From contig JAFVXM010000001.1 in the NCBI GenBank assembly GCA_017501205.1, forward strand, positions 1 through 53,648: 53,648 nt of DNA, given 5' to 3'. The notes beneath the pieces are model-generated. The model was not told where the DNA came from, did not search any database, and saw nothing but the letters and a program-made list of their open reading frames with translations. Shown here piece after piece: positions 15,915-24,152 of this stretch (position 1 is the first letter of the stretch; each line of letters starts with the position of its first letter). Made by a program: the position numbers and the translations under genes. Source of the DNA: Clostridia bacterium. GTDB lineage: Bacteria; Bacillota; Clostridia; Christensenellales; Borkfalkiaceae.

Positions 15915-18623
15915 ATGGGTTTAATTCGTTATATTCTCGGCAGTGATAGCCGTAGAAACCTTAAAAAGATTTCAGCAATGGCAGAGAAGATCGAGGCTCT
16001 TTCGCCTAAGTATGAGGCGATGACCGACGCTGAGCTTCAAGCCATGACGCCTGCCCTCAAAGCAAGGCTTGCAGCGGGCGAAACGGTAGACGATATTATG
16101 TTCGACGCGTTTGCTACGGCAAGAGAAGCCGCTTACCGCGTTTTGAATATGCGCCACTACAAGGTGCAGCTTATCGGCGGTATCTGTTTGCATCAGGGCC
16201 GCGTAGCGGAAATGAAAACGGGCGAAGGTAAAACGCTCGTATCCACCCTTCCCGCATATCTTAACGCGCTTACGGGCAAGGGCGTTCATATTGTAACCGT
16301 CAACGATTACCTCGCTCGCCGTGACGCGGAGTGGATGGGCAAGGTTCACCGCTTCCTCGGGCTTACCGTTGGCGTTGTTGTTCACGGAATGACCGACGAT
16401 GAAAAGAGAGCGGCATATAATTGCGATATAACATACGGAACGAACAACGAGTTCGGCTTTGACTATCTGCGCGATAATCTTAAGGTTAACCTTAAGGACA
16501 TGATGCAGAGAGAACTTAACTTTGCTATCGTCGACGAGGTGGACTCTATTCTTATCGACGAGGCGCGTACTCCGCTTATCATTTCGGGCAGGGGCAACAA
16601 GTCCAGCGAGCTTTATTTTACTGCAAACCGTTTTGTAAAAACGCTCGTTCCCGAGGTGGATTTTACTTACGATATCAAGGAGAAATCCGTTACCATAACC
16701 GACGAGGGCGCAATAAAGGCAGAGAAGTTCTTTAACATAGAGAACCTCACCGATATAGCCAACGCAGACCTCAACCACCACATCCAGCAGGCACTTAAGG
16801 CTCACCATATCTTTAAGAGGGATAACGACTATATCGTTCAGGACGGCGAGATAATTATAGTTGACGAGTTTACCGGCCGCCTTATGATCGGCAGAAGGTA
16901 TTCCGAGGGCTTGCATCAGGCAATCGAGGCAAAGGAAAACGTTGTTATCCGCAACGAAAACAAGACCTACGCCACCATAACCTTCCAGAACTATTTCAGG
17001 CTTTATAAAAAGCTTTCCGGTATGACCGGTACCGCAAAGACCGAGGAAGAGGAGTTCCGCACCATTTACGGGTTGGACGTTCTTGAGATTCCCACCAACA
17101 AGCCCGTTGTAAGAAAGGATATGCCGGACGTTATTTTCTCCACCGAGGCAGGTAAGGAAAACGCGGTAGTTGAGGATATAGTTGAGCGCCACGCAAAGGG
17201 CCAGCCTATTCTTGTGGGTACCGTAACCGTTGAAAAATCCGAGGAGCTTTCAAGAAAGCTTATTAAGAGAAAGATAAAGCACAACATCCTCAACGCAAAG
17301 AACCACCGCCGCGAGGCAGAGATCATTGCGCAGGCAGGTAAGAAGGGTGCCGTTACCATTGCAACCAACATGGCCGGTCGTGGTACCGATATTCTTCTCG
17401 GCGGTAACCCCGAATATCTTGCAAAGCAGGAGCTCAGAAACAAGGGCGTTACTGAGGACGTTATTGAAATGGCAACCTCGTTCGTTCAGAACGTTTCACC
17501 TGAGGTTGAAGAGGTTAGAAAGCTTTACAGAGAGCTTCTTGCCGAGCATAAAGAGGTTACCGAGGCTGAAAAGGCAGAGGTTCTTGCTCTCGGTGGCTTG
17601 CATATTATAGGTACCGAAAGGCACGAATCCCGCCGTATAGATAACCAGCTTCGCGGTCGAAGCGGTCGTCAGGGCGATCCCGGTTCCTCGCTCTTCTACG
17701 TGTCTCTTGAGGACGATCTCGTTAAGCGCTTTGGCGGAGAGAAGCTTCAGTCGCTCTACACGATGTTCAAGATCGATGAGAACACTCCTCTTCAGGCAAA
17801 GAGCCTTGCAAACTCCATTGAGAACGCACAGAGGACGATAGAGGGCAAGAACTTCGGTATAAGAAAGCGCGTTATAGAATACGATGACGTTATGAATACC
17901 CAGCGTCAGGTTATTTACGAGGAAAGAAACAAGGTTCTTCGCGGCGAAAGCATTCACGAGGAAATTCTTCGCCTTATCCCCGATTTCGTTATCGAGGTTA
18001 TCAGGGATTCTATCGACGTAACCAAGGGCTTTAAGGCTTGGGATCTCGATAAGCTCAATAAAAATCTTGAAATTTACTGTCTTGAGGAAGGCAGCGAGTT
18101 CGTTACCGCAGAAAACGCTTCTAACTGGGATTACGATTATCTTGAAGAGAAGGTTCTTGAAGAGGTTGTACGTCAGTACGAGGCAAAGATCGATAACTGC
18201 GCAGAGCTTGGCGTTGACTTCAGCGAGATAGAGAGAGTTGTTCTTCTCAAGAACGTAGACAACAAGTGGATAGATAATATCGACGCGATGGATCAGCTTC
18301 GTCGCGGTATATCGTTGCGTTCCTACGCACAGGAAAACCCCATAAACGCTTACAAGAAGGAAGGTATGGAGATGTTCGACGAGATGATTTACAACATCCG
18401 TCACGATACCCTTCGCGTCCTTCTGAAGATAAAGGTAAACGTAGAACAGCGTCAGCAGCTTGAAAAGGAAACCGAGCGCAAGCAGGTAGCAAACGACCTC
18501 ACCACCGTTGGCGGATCGGACGTGCGTCAGCCCGTCGTTAGAAAGGAGCCCACGGTAGGCAGAAACGATCCCTGCCCCTGCGGAAGCGGAAAGAAGTACA
18601 AGAACTGCTGCGGCAGAAACTGA
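15915..18623 (+). CDS. secA: preprotein translocase ATPase SecA
   Basis: MKTGEGKTL Walker A, DEVDSILIDEARTPLIISG, C-terminal zinc motif CPCGSGKKYKNCCG. Confidence 0.99.
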   Translation: MGLIRYILGSDSRRNLKKISAMAEKIEALSPKYEAMTDAELQAMTPALKARLAAGETVDDIMFDAFATAREAAYRVLNMRHYKVQLIGGICLHQGRVAEMKTGEGKTLVSTLPAYLNALTGKGVHIVTVNDYLARRDAEWMGKVHRFLGLTVGVVVHGMTDDEKRAAYNCDITYGTNNEFGFDYLRDNLKVNLKDMMQRELNFAIVDEVDSILIDEARTPLIISGRGNKSSELYFTANRFVKTLVPEVDFTYDIKEKSVTITDEGAIKAEKFFNIENLTDIANADLNHHIQQALKAHHIFKRDNDYIVQDGEIIIVDEFTGRLMIGRRYSEGLHQAIEAKENVVIRNENKTYATITFQNYFRLYKKLSGMTGTAKTEEEEFRTIYGLDVLEIPTNKPVVRKDMPDVIFSTEAGKENAVVEDIVERHAKGQPILVGTVTVEKSEELSRKLIKRKIKHNILNAKNHRREAEIIAQAGKKGAVTIATNMAGRGTDILLGGNPEYLAKQELRNKGVTEDVIEMATSFVQNVSPEVEEVRKLYRELLAEHKEVTEAEKAEVLALGGLHIIGTERHESRRIDNQLRGRSGRQGDPGSSLFYVSLEDDLVKRFGGEKLQSLYTMFKIDENTPLQAKSLANSIENAQRTIEGKNFGIRKRVIEYDDVMNTQRQVIYEERNKVLRGESIHEEILRLIPDFVIEVIRDSIDVTKGFKAWDLDKLNKNLEIYCLEEGSEFVTAENASNWDYDYLEEKVLEEVVRQYEAKIDNCAELGVDFSEIERVVLLKNVDNKWIDNIDAMDQLRRGISLRSYAQENPINAYKKEGMEMFDEMIYNIRHDTLRVLLKIKVNVEQRQQLEKETERKQVANDLTTVGGSDVRQPVVRKEPTVGRNDPCPCGSGKKYKNCCGRN

Positions 18624-18636
18624 AAAACAGAATAGA

Positions 18637-18671
18637 AAAGCGCCGTTTATATGAGATAAACGGCACTTTTT
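18637..18671 (+). terminator. intrinsic terminator after secA (copy 1 of the GTTTATRTGWGATAAAC hairpin family)
   Basis: gccgtttat-atgag-ataaacggc stem-loop followed by acTTTTT. Confidence 0.75.
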
Positions 18672-18691
18672 GCGTTTGATATAGGCAAAAA

Positions 18692-20518
18692 ATGGATAAA
18701 AAACTGAGCAGTATTTTAAAGCGGGTGGAAAAGCCCGCAAGATATATAGGCGGCGAGTTTAACGAGGTTGAGCCGTTTGAGGGCGCGTTTAATTATTGCG
18801 TGTGCTTCCCCGACGTGTACGAGGTGGGGATGAGCAATCTTGGCATAAAGATTGTGAACGAGGCGATAATGAGCGTTGCCGGCGCTTATGCGGACAGGTG
18901 CTTTGCCCCGTGGCCGGATTTCGGCAAGGAGTTAAAGGAAGCCGGTGTGGAGCTGTATGCTCTTGGAAACAAAAAACCGCTTAAAACCTTCGATATGCTG
19001 GGCTTTTCTCTGCAATACGAGATGAGCTACACCAACGTTTTATATATGCTTGACCTCGCGGGAATACCGTTGAGGAGAGAGGATAGGGGGGATAGCTTCC
19101 CCATAATTCAAGCAGGCGGTCCGTGTGCTTGCAATCCCGAGCCGCTTGCGGATTTTATAGATATTTTCATCGTAGGTGACGGAGAGGAGAGCATGAAGCA
19201 GCTCGCAGAGCTGAAGATTGCTTGCCTTGAAAAGCAGGAGTTTTTGCGCAGAGCGGCGGCAGAGATTCCCGGTGCATACGTGCCTGCGCTTGTAGACGTA
19301 AAATACGGAATAAACGGCGAAATAGAGGGTTTTTCACCTGATAAGAGGATTGAAAAGGCGCTGTGCAGGGATCTTGCCTCGGCAGTATATCCCAAGCGCT
19401 TTGCCGTGCCCACGATAGAGGCGGTGTTTGACCGCGGCGTGCTTGAGGTAATGCGCGGATGCTACCGCGGTTGCAGATTTTGTCAGGCAGGCTTTTTGTA
19501 TCGCCCCGTGAGGGAGAGAGATGCTGAGGATCTTGTGGAAACGGCAAAATCTATTATGTGCACTTCCGGCTTTGATGAGCTTAGCCTCAACAGCCTATCC
19601 ACGGGAGATTATTCTTCTCTCAGAGAGCTTATACCTGCACTGAAGGATGCGCTTCCAAACGTAAATATGGCGTTGCCGTCGTTAAGGCTTGATAGCTTTG
19701 AGGGCGACTTTGTTCAGGAAACACGCAAGTCGTCTATCACCTTTGCGCCCGAGGCGGGCACGCAAAGGCTTCGTGACGTAATCAATAAGGACGTCAGCGA
19801 GGAAGAGATAATGAGGGGCGTAAGGCAGGCGTTTGAGCAGGGCTATTCTACCATAAAGCTTTATTTTATGCTCGGTCTTCCCACCGAAACCGATGAGGAT
19901 CTTAAGGGCATAAGAGATATCGTGTTCAAGATACGCGACGTATACGCTGCACGCCCGAACAGGCTGAGAAGCCTTAAGATAAGCGTTAGCGTTTCCACCT
20001 TCATACCCAAGCCGTTCACCCCCTTCCAGTGGGAAAGGCAGGCGAGCGAGCAGGAGGTTGAGGCAAAGATCGCGCTATTGAGAAAAGAGCTTCATTTGCG
20101 CGGCGTGGTGCTTTCGTGGAACGATTTTGCGCTTTCCGAAATGGAGGCTGTTTTTGCCCGCGGGGACAGAAGGACGGGCAAGGTTATAGAGGCGGCTTAC
20201 AGAAACGGCTGTATTTTTGACGGGTGGACTCATCTGTTCAATGCGGAAAAGTGGTACGAGGCTTTCAGGCAAACGGGTGTTGATCCCAAGGCGTACACGC
20301 GCGAGTGGAGAGAGGACGAGGTTCTTCCGTGGGATCTGATCGACGTTTACGTGGATAAGAAATTCCTTTTAAAGGAACGCCACGCGGCTTATGCGAACGC
20401 GGTTACGGGCAGCTGCCTTACAGGCTGCAAGGGCTGCGGATTGCAAAAGGTGTATTGCCCTAAAAAGGATGAATTAGCTGCGAAAAAGGCGGCTAATTGC
20501 AAAAAAGAGGGGGAGTGA
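18692..20518 (+). CDS. B12-binding-domain radical SAM protein of unknown function (the class usually paired with DUF2344)
   Basis: 608 aa with radical SAM core MRGCYRGCRFCQAG. Followed at 3-nt distance by a DUF2344-type gene. Confidence 0.8.
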   Translation: MDKKLSSILKRVEKPARYIGGEFNEVEPFEGAFNYCVCFPDVYEVGMSNLGIKIVNEAIMSVAGAYADRCFAPWPDFGKELKEAGVELYALGNKKPLKTFDMLGFSLQYEMSYTNVLYMLDLAGIPLRREDRGDSFPIIQAGGPCACNPEPLADFIDIFIVGDGEESMKQLAELKIACLEKQEFLRRAAAEIPGAYVPALVDVKYGINGEIEGFSPDKRIEKALCRDLASAVYPKRFAVPTIEAVFDRGVLEVMRGCYRGCRFCQAGFLYRPVRERDAEDLVETAKSIMCTSGFDELSLNSLSTGDYSSLRELIPALKDALPNVNMALPSLRLDSFEGDFVQETRKSSITFAPEAGTQRLRDVINKDVSEEEIMRGVRQAFEQGYSTIKLYFMLGLPTETDEDLKGIRDIVFKIRDVYAARPNRLRSLKISVSVSTFIPKPFTPFQWERQASEQEVEAKIALLRKELHLRGVVLSWNDFALSEMEAVFARGDRRTGKVIEAAYRNGCIFDGWTHLFNAEKWYEAFRQTGVDPKAYTREWREDEVLPWDLIDVYVDKKFLLKERHAAYANAVTGSCLTGCKGCGLQKVYCPKKDELAAKKAANCKKEGE

Positions 20519-20520
20519 GC

Positions 20521-21144
20521 ATGATTGCGTTCAAATATTCCAAAACGGAAGGGGCGGAGTTTATATCTCACCTCGATACCCTTCGTCACTTAAACAAAAC
20601 CTTTAAGCGTGCCGGCTTTGAGGTGAAGCACTCACAGGGCTTTCATCCGCATATGCTGGTGTATATGTCAAGCCCTATCGGTGTGGGGCTGAAGAGCTAC
20701 GCCGAGTACTGTACGGTGGACGTGGATATTTCTGCCGAGCAGTTTAAGGAGGAGTTCAATCGCTATTCTCCCAAGGGAATAAAGTGTATTGAGTCTTACG
20801 CTGTGGAAAAAAACCCGAACTTTGCATCGGTTATCACACGCGCAAAATACGTTATAAGCGGATTGCACGGGGTTAATGCGGAAGAGGTTATGGCGATGCA
20901 ATCCTTTACCGTTAAGGATAAGCACGGCGAGCCAAAGGAAGTAAGAGAGAAGATCTACTCCTTCACAGAGACTGCGGAAGGGCACGAGGTCGTTCTTGCG
21001 GCTGGTAACAATGCGCTACGTCCGGATGCGTTTGTAAAGAGGCTTGCTGAGCTTTACGGCGAGATGGATGCAGATATAGTAAAAACCGAAAGCTACGTTG
21101 GCGAAGGAGATAGTGTTGCCACGGCTTTATCGGATATAGGGTAA
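20521..21144 (+). CDS. radical SAM-linked protein (DUF2344)
   Basis: FISHLDTLRHLNKTFKRAG...HSQGFHPH pattern. ATG 20521 is preceded by GGGGGAG, preferred over the overlapping ATG 20497. Confidence 0.75.
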   Translation: MIAFKYSKTEGAEFISHLDTLRHLNKTFKRAGFEVKHSQGFHPHMLVYMSSPIGVGLKSYAEYCTVDVDISAEQFKEEFNRYSPKGIKCIESYAVEKNPNFASVITRAKYVISGLHGVNAEEVMAMQSFTVKDKHGEPKEVREKIYSFTETAEGHEVVLAAGNNALRPDAFVKRLAELYGEMDADIVKTESYVGEGDSVATALSDIG

Positions 21145-21206
21145 AGGGAAAGGAAAGAGAAGAAAAAAGTCAGGCAACAGAGATGGGCATAAAAAACAAG
21201 GAGTTT

Positions 21207-22772
21207 ATGATAAAAAACATCTATCTTGACAAAAACGGGGGCAATTATATTGCTGCACTTGCAGAAGGGGGCAAGCTTCTCGAATATCACATTGAAAGGG
21301 ATGACGATTCTAATATAGTTGGTAATATTTACAAGGGCAAGGTGGTAAACGTGCTTGAGGGCATGCAGGCCGCTTTCGTGAACGTGGGCTTAAAAAAGAA
21401 CGCCTATCTTTACGTAAACGAGCTGCTTCCCGATAGGGGCGACGTGGTTGGCTCTGTAGATATTCCGCTCACCCTCAACTTAAAGGAGGGGGACGAGATA
21501 CTCGTTCAGGTTGTTAAGGATTACGTGGGAAATAAGGGGGTAAAATGCTCTCCTTACCTATCGTTTGCCGGTGTGTATTTAGTGTATATGCCGTCGTTTG
21601 ATATAGTTGGCGTTTCCAGAAAGATTGAGGACGAGGCGATCAGAGAAAGGCTCACCGCAACGGTGGAGGGCTTTAAGCGCCCCGGGCAGGGTGGCTTTAT
21701 AGTCAGGACCGCCGCGGCAAAGGCTTCCAAAAGAGAGCTTAAAAAGGAAGCGGAGGAGCTGTATTCCCAGTACGAGGCGACGAGGAGATTTGCCGAAAGC
21801 ATCAGCGCGCCTGCGCAGGTGCACGCAGAGGGCGATCTTATAACGCGTATGCTTCGCGACGTGTATTCTTCAGACGTTGCTCACATTTATTTTGGAAATA
21901 AAACCATGTACGATTCCGTTACGAGCGGAAAATGCCTTAACGAAAAAACGTGTGAAAATACCGGCCCGTGCTGCAATCAAGCGTTGTTTGGCGGCAACGC
22001 AAGGCGCAAGGAAGAATATAAAAAGAAGGCAATTTTGTTTGACCGTTCCACCGATATGTTCAAGCACTTTGGCTTGGATAGAGAGGTTGATAAGCTTTTG
22101 CGAAACCGCGTGGAGCTGTCGTCGGGAGCTTATTTGATTATAGATAAAACTGAGGCGCTCACCGCCATAGACGTAAACACTGGAAAGTTCACGGGCAAGA
22201 AGAATTTGGAGGAAACGGTTTTCCAAACGAATATGCTTGCAACCGCGGAAATAGCAAGGCAGGTTCGCCTCCGCAACATCGGCGGAATCGTGGTTGTTGA
22301 CTTTATAGATATGGAAGAGGAGGAGCACCGCACTAAGGTTGTAGAAGCCCTCGAAAACGCGCTTAAACAGGATAGAAGCAAGTGCAACGTGCTGGGCATG
22401 AGCGCGCTTGGCCTTGTGGAATTCACGAGGAAAAAGAAGCGCAAGGAGTCTACCTCAATGCTCGTGCAGGAGTGTCCGTACTGTAAGGGCGACGGGCTGG
22501 TTTACTCTAACGATTACGTCGTGCAGAAGCTCAGGATAGCCCTTCTCGATCTGTTTGCAGAAGGCTTCAGCAGCGCGATAATCGATCTCAATGCCGATAT
22601 TGCCGATTATATTATAAAGAGAAACGCGCTCAGTAAGGACGTTTCTAAAATCTGGTCGGATAAGAGGATATACATAGTTCCGCACAGAACTTATCACCTC
22701 GAGGAGTTCTCCGTGAGGGGGGATAATTCAAAGGTTCTTGACCTTCCCGATAACGCGAAATTTCTGTATTAA
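21207..22772 (+). CDS. rng: Rne/Rng-family ribonuclease (RNase G)
   Basis: S1 domain IYKGKVVNVLEGMQAAFVNVG, catalytic IDKTEALTAIDVNTGKF, Zn-link CPYCKGDG. Start ATG 21207 (AAGGAG upstream) is preferred over 21183. Confidence 0.9.
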   Translation: MIKNIYLDKNGGNYIAALAEGGKLLEYHIERDDDSNIVGNIYKGKVVNVLEGMQAAFVNVGLKKNAYLYVNELLPDRGDVVGSVDIPLTLNLKEGDEILVQVVKDYVGNKGVKCSPYLSFAGVYLVYMPSFDIVGVSRKIEDEAIRERLTATVEGFKRPGQGGFIVRTAAAKASKRELKKEAEELYSQYEATRRFAESISAPAQVHAEGDLITRMLRDVYSSDVAHIYFGNKTMYDSVTSGKCLNEKTCENTGPCCNQALFGGNARRKEEYKKKAILFDRSTDMFKHFGLDREVDKLLRNRVELSSGAYLIIDKTEALTAIDVNTGKFTGKKNLEETVFQTNMLATAEIARQVRLRNIGGIVVVDFIDMEEEEHRTKVVEALENALKQDRSKCNVLGMSALGLVEFTRKKKRKESTSMLVQECPYCKGDGLVYSNDYVVQKLRIALLDLFAEGFSSAIIDLNADIADYIIKRNALSKDVSKIWSDKRIYIVPHRTYHLEEFSVRGDNSKVLDLPDNAKFLY

Positions 22773-22813
22773 GCATGGCAGGAAAGAAGCGTCAATGCAA
22801 AAAAACAAAAAAA

Positions 22814-22840
22814 ATTGCGCCTGAAATATTAGGGCGCAAG
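22814..22840 (-). terminator. intrinsic terminator oriented for the minus strand
   Basis: ttgcgcc / ggcgcaa stem. On the minus strand it is followed by a long T-run (the plus-strand A-run at 22798-22813). Confidence 0.55.
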
Positions 22841-22858
22841 GAAAGTGGGATGATATAT

Positions 22859-22893
22859 AAAAGCCGCGTTTATGTGAGATAAACGCGGCTTTT
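22859..22893. terminator. bidirectional terminator between rng and the lipoprotein gene (copy 2 of the hairpin family)
   Basis: aaaagccgcgtttat-gtgag-ataaacgcggctttt: a 15-bp stem counting the flanking A/T runs (11-bp gccgcgtttat/ataaacgcggc core). Confidence 0.75.
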
Positions 22894-22908
22894 CCCTTTT
22901 GTTTGATA

Positions 22909-23907
22909 TTAGAAGCTTAAGCTGGTGAGCGTGTATACGAGCGTGCCGAGCTTGTAAGGCAGGGGGGCTTCCATAGAGAACAATGCGTGATGCCATCTTT
23001 CGGTTTCGGAAAAATAGCTGCAAGTGATGGAATTGCCACTGTAGGTTTCGTCGATGGAGATCTTCATTTTGTAGATCTCTGCATTTTCCTGAACGGTGGG
23101 GATGGAGTGAAGTTTAATGCCGTATCCCTTGGGAGAAATTGTGGTAACCTCACTTGCAGATAAGGCCAAAGAGTGCTTTGCAGTATTTAATACGTCTATA
23201 GACGAGAAGGAGTAGTTGAGATCCTCTGCAAAGTTGAAGGTGCGAACTGCAAAGAACAGCATATTGCTGTCGATATAATTGCCCTTATTGTATTTTTTAA
23301 AGGTATGGGTTTCACCGTCATCGAGAGAGAAGTAGTTTGCGAGAGTTTCCTTATTTTCACCCGTGATGGTGAAGGTGGACTCGGCGTTCTTATCGCCGTA
23401 AGCAATCACGGTCTTATACTTGATTTTGATGAAGCGGTTGCCGTGCTTATCGGGTGAAGCTGTCAGGTTTGTGGGTAGGGTGGATTCCGCTTCCTGCTCG
23501 GATTTAATAAACTCAAAGCCGCTGTTCCAGGTAAACCACGTTTTATTCACCGTGGTATCTGTGAATTCCATCTTTTCGGAGTTTGCGGTTGCGGTGTAGC
23601 TTCCGGAAACGATGCAGGTGGAGGTCATAAGATAGCACTTAACGCCGTCAAGCTCGGTATCCACAACGGTCATGGTGAAGGTGTTGTTATCTGCAAACTC
23701 GCAAATAACGTTCTCGTTGGGGCTTTCGAAGGGCTTGTAGGTTACGTTGTAAACAGCCGTTTCGTTTACGGTTACAACCTTGTTGCCAAAGTCCTTTTCA
23801 TCAAGCCAGTATGGCTTTTCGGGGGTGTAGACTACTGCGTTATTGTTACACGCAGTAAAGGACAACAGCGTTACGAGCGATAAAATGATCAATAAAAGCT
23901 TTTTCAA
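22909..23907 (-). CDS. lipoprotein of unknown function
   Basis: TTG start 7 nt after GGAG. Signal peptide with lipobox LSFTAC, then a beta-rich, Asn/Thr-rich mature part with no motif I recognise. Confidence 0.7.
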   Translation of the reverse strand: MKKLLLIILSLVTLLSFTACNNNAVVYTPEKPYWLDEKDFGNKVVTVNETAVYNVTYKPFESPNENVICEFADNNTFTMTVVDTELDGVKCYLMTSTCIVSGSYTATANSEKMEFTDTTVNKTWFTWNSGFEFIKSEQEAESTLPTNLTASPDKHGNRFIKIKYKTVIAYGDKNAESTFTITGENKETLANYFSLDDGETHTFKKYNKGNYIDSNMLFFAVRTFNFAEDLNYSFSSIDVLNTAKHSLALSASEVTTISPKGYGIKLHSIPTVQENAEIYKMKISIDETYSGNSITCSYFSETERWHHALFSMEAPLPYKLGTLVYTLTSLSF

Positions 23908-24117
23908 AATTGTTCTCCGTGAAATTTAATTGTAACTTTTTAGTTACTTATAATAATCTTATATCTTATTATAACACAACGGCAAAAAAATAAAAAACGT
24001 TTTTAAGGTGTTTGAAGCATCTTTGATAGCTTTTCCGTTCAAATTGCGGAGCGTGCCGTCGTTTTGAGCCAAAGCAAAGATCGTTGCAGGTATTTTATAA
24101 ATACTTTTGCGGGGTAC

Positions 24118-24146
24118 TTGAAATGACGGGGTGAATATGATATAAT
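24118..24146 (+). promoter_or_regulatory. near-consensus sigmaA promoter abutting the addB start codon
   Basis: TTGAAA (24118-24123), 17 nt, TATAAT (24141-24146), then only 6 nt (AATAAC) before ATG 24153. Confidence 0.55.
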
Positions 24147-24152
24147 AATAAC

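Noticed and set aside
15972-18740. Two very long antisense ORFs (406 aa at 15972-17192 and 414 aa at 17496-18740) opposite secA.
   Set aside because: They lie entirely within an unambiguous, motif-complete secA. They have no RBS and an L/V/N/K/F-rich nonsense-like composition. Such ORFs are the usual by-product of codon bias suppressing stops on the complementary frame.
22776-22883. 35-codon, very basic ORF (MAGKKRQCKKTKK…) starting 3 nt after the rng stop.
   Set aside because: It has no Shine-Dalgarno and runs straight through two terminator hairpins. Its basic character comes from the A-run that belongs to a minus-strand terminator.
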